A stretch of 64,000 nt of DNA from a virus (lineage: Duplodnaviria; Caudoviricetes), in the IMG/VR virus record IMGVR_UViG_3300012979_000030, positions 1 to 64,000 of that record; one strand, 5' to 3'. The notes beneath the pieces are model-generated. The model was given only the letters and a program-made list of their open reading frames with translations, was not told where the DNA came from and did not search any database. The position numbers and the translations under genes were made by a program. This document shows positions 1-9,835 of this stretch, one piece after another. The first letter of the stretch is position 1. The number at the start of each line of letters is the position of its first letter.

Positions 1-236
1 GTGGTTCAAGTTATACAGCACCAGCAAATGGATATGTTGTGTTGGCAAAGAGTGGAAACATAAATCAATATGCTCAAATAACAAATGGTATATCTATTCT
101 TAATACAGCTCCATTTAATGGTGGTAGTGTTAATATTTGGTTACCAATTAAAACGGGAGACTATTTTATTGTTGAATACGATTTGTCTGGTTCTACAAAT
201 TATTTTAGATTTTATTATGCAGATGGAGAAAATTAA
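1..236 (+). CDS. C-terminal fragment of tail-fibre-associated protein (5'-truncated by window)
   Basis: Frame open from window start (GSSYTAPANGYVV...FRFYYADGEN*); the YTAPANG motif resembles TFVAPMNG in 32276-32875. Confidence 0.55.
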   Translation, partial: GSSYTAPANGYVVLAKSGNINQYAQITNGISILNTAPFNGGSVNIWLPIKTGDYFIVEYDLSGSTNYFRFYYADGEN

Positions 237-237
237 T

Positions 238-639
238 ATGTTTAAAGCAATAAAAGACAATAAAATCATAGCAACAAATGACACAGGGGTTTTTCCTTGC
301 TTGGTTCTTGATGAAATTATTGAAGATACAGAACATACTATTGAAGATTTCAAACAACATCAAGGTGAGTTCTTGCTTAAATCTGATATTCCAACAGAAG
401 TTTATAATAATCAAATCCGTCAAACACGTCAATCTTTATTTACAGAGCAAGCAGACCCTTTGAAGTTTGATTATGATGAAGCATTAGCTCGTTATGGGGA
501 AACAGATGAAAAAACAATTGAGGCTAAAAACACTTGGTTAGCAAAGAAAGATGAAATTCGTGCTGATAATCCATATATCAATATTGAAGATACATTACCT
601 GAGGAAATTAATGACCTACAATCAACTTCAAATTTATAA
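238..639 (+). CDS. Putative tail fibre assembly/chaperone-like protein
   Basis: ATG at 238 just after upstream stop, GGAG upstream; IRQTRQ...ADPL...W..KKDEIR...PY pattern typical of small proteins next to fibre genes. Confidence 0.5.
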   Translation: MFKAIKDNKIIATNDTGVFPCLVLDEIIEDTEHTIEDFKQHQGEFLLKSDIPTEVYNNQIRQTRQSLFTEQADPLKFDYDEALARYGETDEKTIEAKNTWLAKKDEIRADNPYINIEDTLPEEINDLQSTSNL

Positions 640-659
640 ACAAAAAATAAGGATTTTTA

Positions 660-2072
660 ATGAGTATTAGACATGGTGGTAAAATAGTAGCAGGTTCTAT
701 TAATAAAGATCAAATAGAAGAATATATTGATTCAGAAATTGAATCAAAATCATTTGCATCAATTAATATTATAAATGGTTTAACAAGCAATAATACAAAT
801 GAATTACCATTGGATGGAATTAAATTAGATTATCCAAATCAAATACTTTCAGTTAATATTGGAAATACTATTATTTTACCATCATTATATACATTATCAG
901 AGGACGGTTTAAAAGTTATTTTAGAAAATGAAATTGAATCTAATATACATTATTCAATATCTTATATTAAAAGATATGAAATTGGTTCAATGCAACCAGT
1001 TGGGACACATAATGTTGGTGATATATTTTATACAACAAGGACAGATACAAACTTAAATGGTGCTGTTGAGTGTAATGGTGAAACATATAATGTAAATGAT
1101 TTTATTGGAAATGAATCTGTTGGAAATTTATTAAAAGATGGTAAACTACCTTATGTTAGTATGTCTGAATACTCAACAATTATTTCATCATATGGTTCAT
1201 GTAGAGCATTTGGTTGGGATGGTGGTGATTCATTTAGAGTACCGACAATTCCAGCATTATTATTGACGAAAGAACAAGCTGGTGTGGTTGGTAATGGTAT
1301 GACATTAGGGTTGACAGATGGAACTAATTACGCAGGTTTATCATCTAATAGTGAACAAACTGGATATATAGCACCTTCACAATATGGTGTACCTGTTGGC
1401 TCCGATCAAATTACTGCAAGTTTTTCTACACGTAAGAGTATTGGTATAACCACCGACCCAACAAAATCAGGTGTTATTGCAAAATTAGATACTGTTCAAT
1501 ATAGAGCAATGGTTCAATTAGCAACATTTGTCAAAGAAGTTTCAATTGAAAGTTATAATAATCAATTAATTGATAAAACAAATGAATGTTTAACAAATAT
1601 TGAAAATGTTGCTAACACAAAATTATCTGTATTTGAAAATATGTTTTCAAGTAATATATTAACATTATTGGAAACAATGTATCCAATTGGTTCATTATAT
1701 TTTGGAACACAAACAACATGCCCAATGATGACTATAATCCCAAATTCTACTTGGGAATTAGTTACAAGTAATAAAGCACTATGGACGGGTGATGGAAGTA
1801 ATGCTAATACAACAATAGATGCAGGATTACCAAATATTACTGGTGGTTTTGGTGCATCAATACCTGATTATCATTCTGAAACAGCTAGTGGAGCTTTTAT
1901 TCCAAATGGACCAATAGATTATCCAAACGCAATAACAAGAGTAGGAAATACTGAGTCACAGGATATTTATGGCTATTATTTAGATGCTTCTCGTTCATCT
2001 GCTATCTATGGCAACTCTGATACAGTTCAACCACCTGCATATGTCATAAATGTTTGGAGAAGAACAAAATAA
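660..2072 (+). CDS. Tail fibre protein with collar-like domains
   Basis: VGDIFY...GAVECNG...FRVPT collar-like segment; YPIGSLYF, GLPNITG and DASRSSAIYGNSDTVQPPA motifs typical of phage tail fibres. Confidence 0.75.
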   Translation: MSIRHGGKIVAGSINKDQIEEYIDSEIESKSFASINIINGLTSNNTNELPLDGIKLDYPNQILSVNIGNTIILPSLYTLSEDGLKVILENEIESNIHYSISYIKRYEIGSMQPVGTHNVGDIFYTTRTDTNLNGAVECNGETYNVNDFIGNESVGNLLKDGKLPYVSMSEYSTIISSYGSCRAFGWDGGDSFRVPTIPALLLTKEQAGVVGNGMTLGLTDGTNYAGLSSNSEQTGYIAPSQYGVPVGSDQITASFSTRKSIGITTDPTKSGVIAKLDTVQYRAMVQLATFVKEVSIESYNNQLIDKTNECLTNIENVANTKLSVFENMFSSNILTLLETMYPIGSLYFGTQTTCPMMTIIPNSTWELVTSNKALWTGDGSNANTTIDAGLPNITGGFGASIPDYHSETASGAFIPNGPIDYPNAITRVGNTESQDIYGYYLDASRSSAIYGNSDTVQPPAYVINVWRRTK

Positions 2073-2963
2073 TTATTTCTCAGTTTCAATGATACATTTT
2101 AATTCAGAATATTCATTATAATTATTTGGAATACCAAATCTTGTGAAATCATGACCATCAACATTAAAATGAACACATGGAATTGTTGTATCAATATTTC
2201 CAACAACTGTTATAAAATTATCATTTATAGTATGAATATTTTTTATATTCTTTAATTTAGAAATATATTGATTTTTACTAATATTAAAATCAGTATTCAT
2301 AAACCATTCAAATGCACATGAATTTATAAATTGTTCCCTTTGTAATGACATTCTATCATGTAATTCTTTTGAATATATAGCAAACCCAAGTCTTAACCCA
2401 CACCCAACCAATTTATCAAATGATCCAATGATAATATTTTTAGGATTTTGTTTCAATGTTTGTATGGATGATTTCATTTGTTCAATATTCTGATATGTTA
2501 TATCACAAATATTATAATTAAAATTACTGTTATATAAATCCATTGTGTTAAAATTATATTTAAAATAATTTGTAAACCCACAATTTGTATATAAACAATC
2601 ACACTTTATATCAGATAATTTTGGTGTAATAAATTCAGAGTTTATATTGTCATATTTAAATTCTTTTTTTAATGGTTTAATATCCAATGCCTCACAATAA
2701 ACATCCATCATACCCCAAGTAGGAATACACCAACACATTGTTTTTGGTTTAATTGCTAATAAAACATTTTTAATAGCATTTTCACAACCATTTGATAAGA
2801 AGAATGTATTGCTCTCTATGTTAAAATAATTACCAAATTTCTCATATATATAATACATATCTGGATATTGTCTTACATTACAAGATACAACACAATCATT
2901 ACCTGGTTCATTTTGTGTTGACAATCCACATATTTTCTTTACATATTCATTTCTCTTTAACAT
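2073..2963 (-). CDS. PLP-dependent aminotransferase class I/II-like protein (short)
   Basis: SNGCENAI, PTWGMM and GSFDKLVGCGLRLGFA resemble the HisC-type SFSK..G..GLRLG PLP-lysine motif. Confidence 0.65.
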   Translation of the reverse strand: MLKRNEYVKKICGLSTQNEPGNDCVVSCNVRQYPDMYYIYEKFGNYFNIESNTFFLSNGCENAIKNVLLAIKPKTMCWCIPTWGMMDVYCEALDIKPLKKEFKYDNINSEFITPKLSDIKCDCLYTNCGFTNYFKYNFNTMDLYNSNFNYNICDITYQNIEQMKSSIQTLKQNPKNIIIGSFDKLVGCGLRLGFAIYSKELHDRMSLQREQFINSCAFEWFMNTDFNISKNQYISKLKNIKNIHTINDNFITVVGNIDTTIPCVHFNVDGHDFTRFGIPNNYNEYSELKCIIETEK

Positions 2964-3762
2964 TATTAATCCAAAAATCTACAAATTTTTTACCATATAA
3001 TCTACCATCAATGTCACAATCCTTACAACAATTAAATGATTGTCTTTTATTTTCTGATAACATTTTTTCTCTAACAATATCACATTTATTGACAAAATAA
3101 TTTTCTATATGTGTATTCCAAATACTATTTTCTGTTTCAGATTTACACTCCCAATCTGCTTCACATTGTATGTATTTCCCATCAACATCAATTGCAATTT
3201 TATAAAATGGTAAATAACACTCTCTATATATTCTTTCTATTGGTTTATTTAAATAACCACCCCTATTATATAAATTCATTTGTGGATTATTTACATCATG
3301 ATTTCTATACCAAGCATTTGTATTTTGGAATTTGCTTTTAAACCATTGTATATTAGACCAATCATGAACAGATACTTTTATTTGTGCAATTTTTGTTATT
3401 TTTTCCCAAACATCTTTATCCAATAATTTTCCATTAGTAACAACCTGTGGATTAAAAGATTTTAATATATCAACAATTTCATAAAAATTTGGATTGGTTG
3501 ATGGTTCCCCCCATCCAGCAATACAGACAAACCCTTTATAATCAATTTCATTCAATTGTTTACATATCTCTTTAACTGTATGTAATCCCATAAACACTTC
3601 TTTATTTGTTTTCCAACCATGTGATTGAGGACAGAAACTACATTTTAAATTACAAACATTAGAAATATTTAATTCAATTATTCTTAAACAATCTAATTGA
3701 GTTTTTATTTCTATATCTTCAACCAATGATTTCCAAGTATTAAATTGTTGTTGATTTTCCAT
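2947..3762 (-). CDS. Radical SAM protein with SPASM/twitch domain
   Basis: CNLKCSFC, GWGEP, VTNG, C-terminal CYLPF...QCEADW...CKDC. Confidence 0.9.
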   Translation of the reverse strand: MENQQQFNTWKSLVEDIEIKTQLDCLRIIELNISNVCNLKCSFCPQSHGWKTNKEVFMGLHTVKEICKQLNEIDYKGFVCIAGWGEPSTNPNFYEIVDILKSFNPQVVTNGKLLDKDVWEKITKIAQIKVSVHDWSNIQWFKSKFQNTNAWYRNHDVNNPQMNLYNRGGYLNKPIERIYRECYLPFYKIAIDVDGKYIQCEADWECKSETENSIWNTHIENYFVNKCDIVREKMLSENKRQSFNCCKDCDIDGRLYGKKFVDFWINNVKEK

Positions 3763-3763
3763 A

Positions 3764-4777
3764 TTATTTACTATCCTTTATCTCTTCCAACAAATTATGT
3801 AGAACTTTTAATCCATCAATACATGTTTCTGGAAATTTTATATATTGTTGTGCTCTCATTCTTATGAATATATTTGGAACATAATCATTTCCAATACCCT
3901 CTAATCTTATACAATAGTTATCTAATAAGGAGTGCATTTCTTCTGTAAATTCCATACCATTTGTCTTTATTGCAAATATATGTGGTGCAGTATTTTGAAA
4001 TAATGAAAATCCATATTTAATCAAATCATAATGAAAATATTGTGTCATTACTTGTGTAAAACTATTCAATAAATCCTTTCTTTTTAACATTATATCTAAC
4101 AATTCTAAATAATCATAACCCCAATTTATTGCTTTAATTCCAAAATCATTATTTCTACTAATTAAAATACCCATATCATAACCCTCAATTAATGCATGAG
4201 CAGTTCCAACCACATAATCAAATATTGTATAATCTCTTGGAACCATAAACATTCCTTGAACATCATCCAAAACCATAATGTGTTCAATATTATTAATTAC
4301 CAATTGTTTCTTCAATGTTTCATAAAATAATTGTGGTGTTATCTCACCAGAAGATATTTGTGTTCCAATAATATATATAAATGCTTTCTTATATTTTTTA
4401 CACTCTGTTACAATAGTATCAACATTTAATGTGATAATATCTTTATAATGATTTAATATTAGTTTATTATTACATTTATTAACCAATTCTTTTACATTAT
4501 TATGTTCATTCATTGATGTTATTACTAATGTATCTTCATTAACATATTTTTTGAATAAATTTTTAATATGATTTGTAGCACAAGTATCAAACATGATATT
4601 ATGTGTTTTAGATGATATGTTACTAAATGGCATTCTACTAAAATATTCAGATTCCATTTTTTTATATTCTTTATCAGAATATAAAACAGCCTCTTCACTT
4701 CTTGTATTGGAAAGAATAAACATTTCCATATCATTTAATCTTCCTGCATTTAACCACCATTCTACTATATTATTCAT
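3764..4777 (-). CDS. Class V aminotransferase/cysteine desulfurase-fold protein lacking the PLP lysine
   Basis: ITSMNEHNNV, SSGEI, LDDVQG, DYVVGTAHAL (NifS-type SAHK lysine replaced by Ala). Confidence 0.6.
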   Translation of the reverse strand: MNNIVEWWLNAGRLNDMEMFILSNTRSEEAVLYSDKEYKKMESEYFSRMPFSNISSKTHNIMFDTCATNHIKNLFKKYVNEDTLVITSMNEHNNVKELVNKCNNKLILNHYKDIITLNVDTIVTECKKYKKAFIYIIGTQISSGEITPQLFYETLKKQLVINNIEHIMVLDDVQGMFMVPRDYTIFDYVVGTAHALIEGYDMGILISRNNDFGIKAINWGYDYLELLDIMLKRKDLLNSFTQVMTQYFHYDLIKYGFSLFQNTAPHIFAIKTNGMEFTEEMHSLLDNYCIRLEGIGNDYVPNIFIRMRAQQYIKFPETCIDGLKVLHNLLEEIKDSK

Positions 4778-4787
4778 ATTTTATCCT

Positions 4788-5315
4788 TTATTCAACATTA
4801 TTATACATTAATGGATTTTTATATATATCCTTTTCAAAATCTATTATTAATCTTGATTCATTTTCAGAAGATATAGTAAATTCTAAATTTTTAATTCTAT
4901 TTTCACCATTATCCAATACAACTATATCATCATTATCATAAACAACTCTTTTTGATTCTTTATTATCAAATTTTTGTTTTAAAGTATTATATATAATTGC
5001 AATTCGTGTATTTTCTTTGATAATAATTTCATTATTAGAAATATTTGTAATTGGTAATATAATTTCACATTTATTTGATGAATCATCACAATATCTGCAA
5101 CACTCAATAATAATCATTGGATATTCTTTTATATCGTGTTTAACAAATACATTTTCATTTCCACCACAATCTATGTATATACCTGTGTTATATTCAATTG
5201 ATTCATTTGGTTTAATATATATATCTCTATTATTTAAAATTTGTATTTCATCCAAATTAATTGGACTTACAACCAATTTTACAATATCATCTTTATTAAC
5301 AATATTAGTCACCAC
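4788..5315 (-). CDS. dUTPase-fold protein, catalytic motifs degenerate
   Basis: IKPNE...NTGIYI and EIILPITN...IIKENTRIA match the trimeric dUTPase scaffold; RSG and G.ID.DY.G motifs absent. Confidence 0.5.
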   Translation of the reverse strand: MVTNIVNKDDIVKLVVSPINLDEIQILNNRDIYIKPNESIEYNTGIYIDCGGNENVFVKHDIKEYPMIIIECCRYCDDSSNKCEIILPITNISNNEIIIKENTRIAIIYNTLKQKFDNKESKRVVYDNDDIVVLDNGENRIKNLEFTISSENESRLIIDFEKDIYKNPLMYNNVE

Positions 5316-6282
5316 ACATTTCCTCTATCATCTGTCTATCACATAAAACACAATCATCTGTATCAATATATGCTTGATATGAATTCATATGACCACATGG
5401 TAATATTACTGTATTTAATAAACTTGGATCTTCTAAATATTTTGAATGTTCAATGGAAGTGTCTTTATCTCTTACAAACTCAACCATATGTTCATTTTCA
5501 TCATTAAAGTTTCTATATAAATTATCTGCTCTATAATAAATATTAAATAATTTATCCCACATTTCTGGTGATTCTTGCTGTTTAAATTTAATAAGAAAAT
5601 CTAAAAACTTTTGTCTAGTAGGAAAGAAATTTGGCAAAACATTATTCATATCTTGTTTTGTTTTATGTATATATGGATTACCACATTGTTTAAAGAAAAA
5701 TTTTGTATGATATTCTTCCATCATCTTTTCAAAATTAATCTCATCATTTAAATACTTGTCAATTAAATCCCCTGTTAATATTGTTGTAATATTAAATAAA
5801 ATATCTGGATATAATTTATGAATTTGTTTCATATGATATGACCAATTATCTTCCATCTTTTTTGTATGAAATCTACCAATTGTATCATATGATGTTAATA
5901 TCCAAAGATTACCTTTATGACCCTTAAATTTTTCAAGGGTTTCATATAAATCTTTTTGATCACCAATAGTTAATGTTGCATATATCCACACAGTATCTAT
6001 ATATTCATTATTTAACAACCAAACGGTTTTATCTATAAGGTTCATAAACTCTTCTTTTACTTCTTTTGATTTCATTTGACCTTGAAAAAATTCACCACCC
6101 AAATATGATATAGTAGAATATTCTGGATATAATGATAAATCAGATATTTTATCATATGCCATCTTTATAGAATCTATTTTGATTTTATCTGATGTATAAC
6201 AATTATCATGTGCTAAATAACAGAACTTACATCTACTATTACACTCTTGCCAAAGTTCAAATTGCAATTGTTTTCCTCTCAT
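5305..6282 (-). CDS. Radical SAM protein (subfamily A)
   Basis: ELWQECNSRCKFC, GGEFF, TSYD..GRF, C-terminal CGH...CVLCD. Confidence 0.9.
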   Translation of the reverse strand: MRGKQLQFELWQECNSRCKFCYLAHDNCYTSDKIKIDSIKMAYDKISDLSLYPEYSTISYLGGEFFQGQMKSKEVKEEFMNLIDKTVWLLNNEYIDTVWIYATLTIGDQKDLYETLEKFKGHKGNLWILTSYDTIGRFHTKKMEDNWSYHMKQIHKLYPDILFNITTILTGDLIDKYLNDEINFEKMMEEYHTKFFFKQCGNPYIHKTKQDMNNVLPNFFPTRQKFLDFLIKFKQQESPEMWDKLFNIYYRADNLYRNFNDENEHMVEFVRDKDTSIEHSKYLEDPSLLNTVILPCGHMNSYQAYIDTDDCVLCDRQMIEEMCGD

Positions 6283-7223
6283 AAATACACCTCACCATCT
6301 AATAACATTAAATCACATAACATACAGTTATCACAATCAGAATAACATTTATATAATATTGAATGACCACATTTTTCATTTATTATTTCTTTTCCATCCG
6401 TTAACACTGGTTGCTCATAAGGGTCATTAGACCAATTTTTTCCTTTCAAACCTGTATATTTAAAAGAACAAGAATTCTTAGTTGAATGTAAGAATGATTC
6501 ATATACTTCATATCGTTCTTCTTTTAAATACATAATAAACTCCAAGAAATCATCTCTATTAAAGAAAAAATCATCTAATGGTTTTCCAGTTTTAATTGGA
6601 TGTGGATATAATAAACACAACATATTGCCTGGAATTTCATTATTCATAAATTCATTTACATCAAATTTACCATCTTTCCACATATTAATTAAATACTGTG
6701 TTAAAATCATTTGAACCCCAACACAATAATTATATCTATTATGGAAATCATTAATGTTCTTTAATACCAATTTGGAATCTTCTTCACTTTTATATCTATA
6801 TTTAAAATCATATGAAAAATTTACATCAATTTTACCAACACCCACAGCATCAACAATTTTATCAATAACTTTATATAAAAAAGTTGGTTCATATAATCCA
6901 TTTGTTACAGTAGAATATCTGCAACCAGGATTTGTAGATACTTTGAGAATTTTTTCAATGATTATATCAATTAATTCTAAAAATGATTCTTGTAGTTCTT
7001 TGTCTTTAATATAATATAATTCACCACCCAATAAAGATATACCATAACTAAATTTATTCTTCCAATCCAAAACATCAATATTTTTCTTTATCATATCTAA
7101 ATTTCTTAATTGTAATTTTTTAGTAAGAAATTCTCTTTCTTCTCTCAAACAAAAATCACAATTATTACAACAATTTGGCCATACACCATATTGGCAACAA
7201 TGCTGAAAATTATTTTCTATCAT
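6279..7223 (-). CDS. Radical SAM protein (subfamily A)
   Basis: WPNCCNNCDFC, GGELY, VTNG, SYD..YRY, CGH...CMLCD. Confidence 0.9.
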   Translation of the reverse strand: MIENNFQHCCQYGVWPNCCNNCDFCLREEREFLTKKLQLRNLDMIKKNIDVLDWKNKFSYGISLLGGELYYIKDKELQESFLELIDIIIEKILKVSTNPGCRYSTVTNGLYEPTFLYKVIDKIVDAVGVGKIDVNFSYDFKYRYKSEEDSKLVLKNINDFHNRYNYCVGVQMILTQYLINMWKDGKFDVNEFMNNEIPGNMLCLLYPHPIKTGKPLDDFFFNRDDFLEFIMYLKEERYEVYESFLHSTKNSCSFKYTGLKGKNWSNDPYEQPVLTDGKEIINEKCGHSILYKCYSDCDNCMLCDLMLLDGEVYL

Positions 7224-7224
7224 A

Positions 7225-7905
7225 TCATTTTATCCCATCTAAATATAATATTAAATCATTTAATGTATCTAATACTTCTATATCTCTAGCACATGTTCCA
7301 CCATTTTTATATACACAAAATGTTTTTATATAATTTAATTTATCACTATTTTCCACCAAAAATTTAATCAATGATGTTATTTGGGTTTTATTTATTTTAT
7401 TAGGAACTAAATCAAACATTAAACATTTTGCTTGTTTAGAAATTCTAATTATACCACATGATACTGCAATACTTATTATTTCATCTGTATTTAACTCATC
7501 ATCAATACCCAAATATTTTAATAATTCTTTTGAGTGTTCATCATCACAAATTATAACATCTCCATTTGGCATAACCATATAACCAAATATATCTTCTGAT
7601 ATATTAAATGAATCAAATTCTTTATGATACTTATCGGTTCTAAATATTGATATATCTTCTTTGTTTTTTAATGTTCCATTAAAAAATGATAACATTTTTA
7701 TACTATATTCTGTATCATTTAATAACACATCATCAAATACTCTCTTATTCCATTTATTTTGTAATTCTGTTAAATCATTACTTGAAATAGACACAATTAT
7801 TCCATTTTTTGAACAACCATTGCATTTTATAGTATATAATTTATCATCTGAATTATATACATAATCAACATTTTCATTACAAAATGGACAATTTTTAAAA
7901 AACAT
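7225..7905 (-). CDS. Hypothetical protein with N-terminal Lar-like zinc-ribbon
   Basis: KNCPFC...IKCNGC...KWNKR matches the Lar (restriction alleviation) family pattern; C-terminal region unassigned. Confidence 0.5.
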   Translation of the reverse strand: MFFKNCPFCNENVDYVYNSDDKLYTIKCNGCSKNGIIVSISSNDLTELQNKWNKRVFDDVLLNDTEYSIKMLSFFNGTLKNKEDISIFRTDKYHKEFDSFNISEDIFGYMVMPNGDVIICDDEHSKELLKYLGIDDELNTDEIISIAVSCGIIRISKQAKCLMFDLVPNKINKTQITSLIKFLVENSDKLNYIKTFCVYKNGGTCARDIEVLDTLNDLILYLDGIK

Positions 7906-8915
7906 TATTCTCCCTTGGTCAAAAGATATTCATAAATTAATTTTGGTGTAGGACAACCAGTTGAATCCCATTTCATCATACAACAATCACCCCTACAATA
8001 TTTTAAATATGGACAATCTCTACAACCATCATTTAATTTCTTCTCAAATAAAACATTTTCATTGTATATGTCCATATTTTTATTATTTGGGTTTAATATA
8101 TTGAAAAATGGTTTAACTGATGTTACAAAACATTGTGATACATCACCATTTGGTAAAAATGTTAAATTGTTTTCTTGGCAACACCTACTATGCTCATAAT
8201 AATTATTACCACATATTGATTCTTCCATACAATTAAATGTTTCAACATATACACCAACATCCTTTAATTTTTCATACAAAAGATAAGCATCAAACATCCA
8301 TTTATCAACATCTCTGTTTGTTGCTACAATATTACCATTATCATAATCTATCATTGGTTTTAATGGTGGGAATAACCTTTCTAATTCTATTTTTTTAATA
8401 CCCAATCCTAACATTATATCAAATAATGCTCTGGGTGTTAAATTTTCTACCACATCTTTTGTAATAGTAATGACACAAGACAATTCTATACCATTAGATG
8501 TTATTTTTCTAACATTATTAAACCATAATTCTCTTTGTTGTTCATTTGAGAATCTAATAGAATAATCATATGATGTATCCAAATAATCCATTTTTTTGAA
8601 TAAATTTAACCATTCATCTGTTAAATTATATACTAAATTTGATTGTGCATATATTTCAACATTATTATTAATAACATTATCTCTCATGTAATCTATCATA
8701 ATAGATAGTATATTTGGGTCATATAAACCAATCTCTCCACCAAAAAATTCAATTAAATATCTATTACTTGGATTGTTATTTGCCTCATTAATTAGATATG
8801 TAATTGTTTTTTCCAATATATCCATTGACATTGATGTGGTATTTCTGATTGCAAAACAATGTTTGCATTTTAAATTACATTTATTAGTTAAGACAATAGT
8901 TATATGTTTATCCAT
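7905..8915 (-). CDS. Radical SAM/SPASM protein (subfamily C)
   Basis: CNLKCKHC, FFGGE, TSYD..IRF, C-terminal CRDC.YLKYCRGDCC...GCP; ATG at 8915 preferred to GTG at 8927. Confidence 0.9.
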   Translation of the reverse strand: MDKHITIVLTNKCNLKCKHCFAIRNTTSMSMDILEKTITYLINEANNNPSNRYLIEFFGGEIGLYDPNILSIMIDYMRDNVINNNVEIYAQSNLVYNLTDEWLNLFKKMDYLDTSYDYSIRFSNEQQRELWFNNVRKITSNGIELSCVITITKDVVENLTPRALFDIMLGLGIKKIELERLFPPLKPMIDYDNGNIVATNRDVDKWMFDAYLLYEKLKDVGVYVETFNCMEESICGNNYYEHSRCCQENNLTFLPNGDVSQCFVTSVKPFFNILNPNNKNMDIYNENVLFEKKLNDGCRDCPYLKYCRGDCCMMKWDSTGCPTPKLIYEYLLTKGE

Positions 8916-8916
8916 T

Positions 8917-9834
8917 TTATTCACCACACATTTGTTTTACTTGTTTAACTATTTCTAACATCTTATCATTAGAATCCAATAAACCAGTTTCATATTTTAC
9001 ATCCATATCAGTAAAAGATATTGTCATATTAGTTTTTCTTCTATTAGACATTATATATCGTTTACCATTATAATTACAATATATCTTATCAGACCTAACA
9101 TTAGGTGATATAAATGTATCTAAATCTATTTCTCTATTTTCTATTGCAACTTTGTATAAAAATTCTATAAACCTATCTTTTGTAGGAAAGAAATCTGGCA
9201 TATCTTTTGAACATTCTTTCTTATCATAATAATAAAATCCAGAACCGGGTTCAATATAATCAATGTGTGTATTATATTCTTTACAAAAATCTGTTATACT
9301 AAACTCACCATTCAATACTGACTCAATAAAGAATCCAGAAACAATTGTTTCTGTATGCAATCTTAATTTTGGAAATACATAATTTAATAATTTCATATTA
9401 GATTCCCACATATGTTTTCTATCACTAGTATGAAATCTATATTTCAAATCATATGATGTACAAAGTAAAACATTTTCCAATACACCTTTATCATTTAAAT
9501 AATTTAAAAATGGTATCAAATGTTTATTCATATCAAACAATAAAGCAGTTGTTATATACAATTTATTAATTTTATTATTTTTAATTTTGTCAATACATTT
9601 ATCAAATAATCTATAAAACAATTGTCTTACATTCTTATTATCCAATTGACTATCAAAAAACTCACCACCAATAAATCCTATTTCATTATACTCATTAACT
9701 TCTGTATCATCTAACTTATCAATTACAAAATTTAATGATTCAATTTTATCTAAATCTTTTTGTCCTTTATTAAAGCAGAATTTACAACCATTTGAACAAT
9801 CTTTCCATAATTCATATTGTATAAAGTTATTCAT
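8917..9834 (-). CDS. Radical SAM protein (subfamily A, lacks C-terminal Cys cluster)
   Basis: ELWKDCSNGCKFC, GGEFF, TSYD..YRF; ATG at 9834 after GGAG. Confidence 0.88.
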   Translation of the reverse strand: MNNFIQYELWKDCSNGCKFCFNKGQKDLDKIESLNFVIDKLDDTEVNEYNEIGFIGGEFFDSQLDNKNVRQLFYRLFDKCIDKIKNNKINKLYITTALLFDMNKHLIPFLNYLNDKGVLENVLLCTSYDLKYRFHTSDRKHMWESNMKLLNYVFPKLRLHTETIVSGFFIESVLNGEFSITDFCKEYNTHIDYIEPGSGFYYYDKKECSKDMPDFFPTKDRFIEFLYKVAIENREIDLDTFISPNVRSDKIYCNYNGKRYIMSNRRKTNMTISFTDMDVKYETGLLDSNDKMLEIVKQVKQMCGE

Positions 9835-9835
9835 C

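Noticed and set aside
85-237. N-terminal extension of ORF 85-639
   Set aside because: Overlaps the upstream gene in another frame; ATG at 238 with an RBS is the better start
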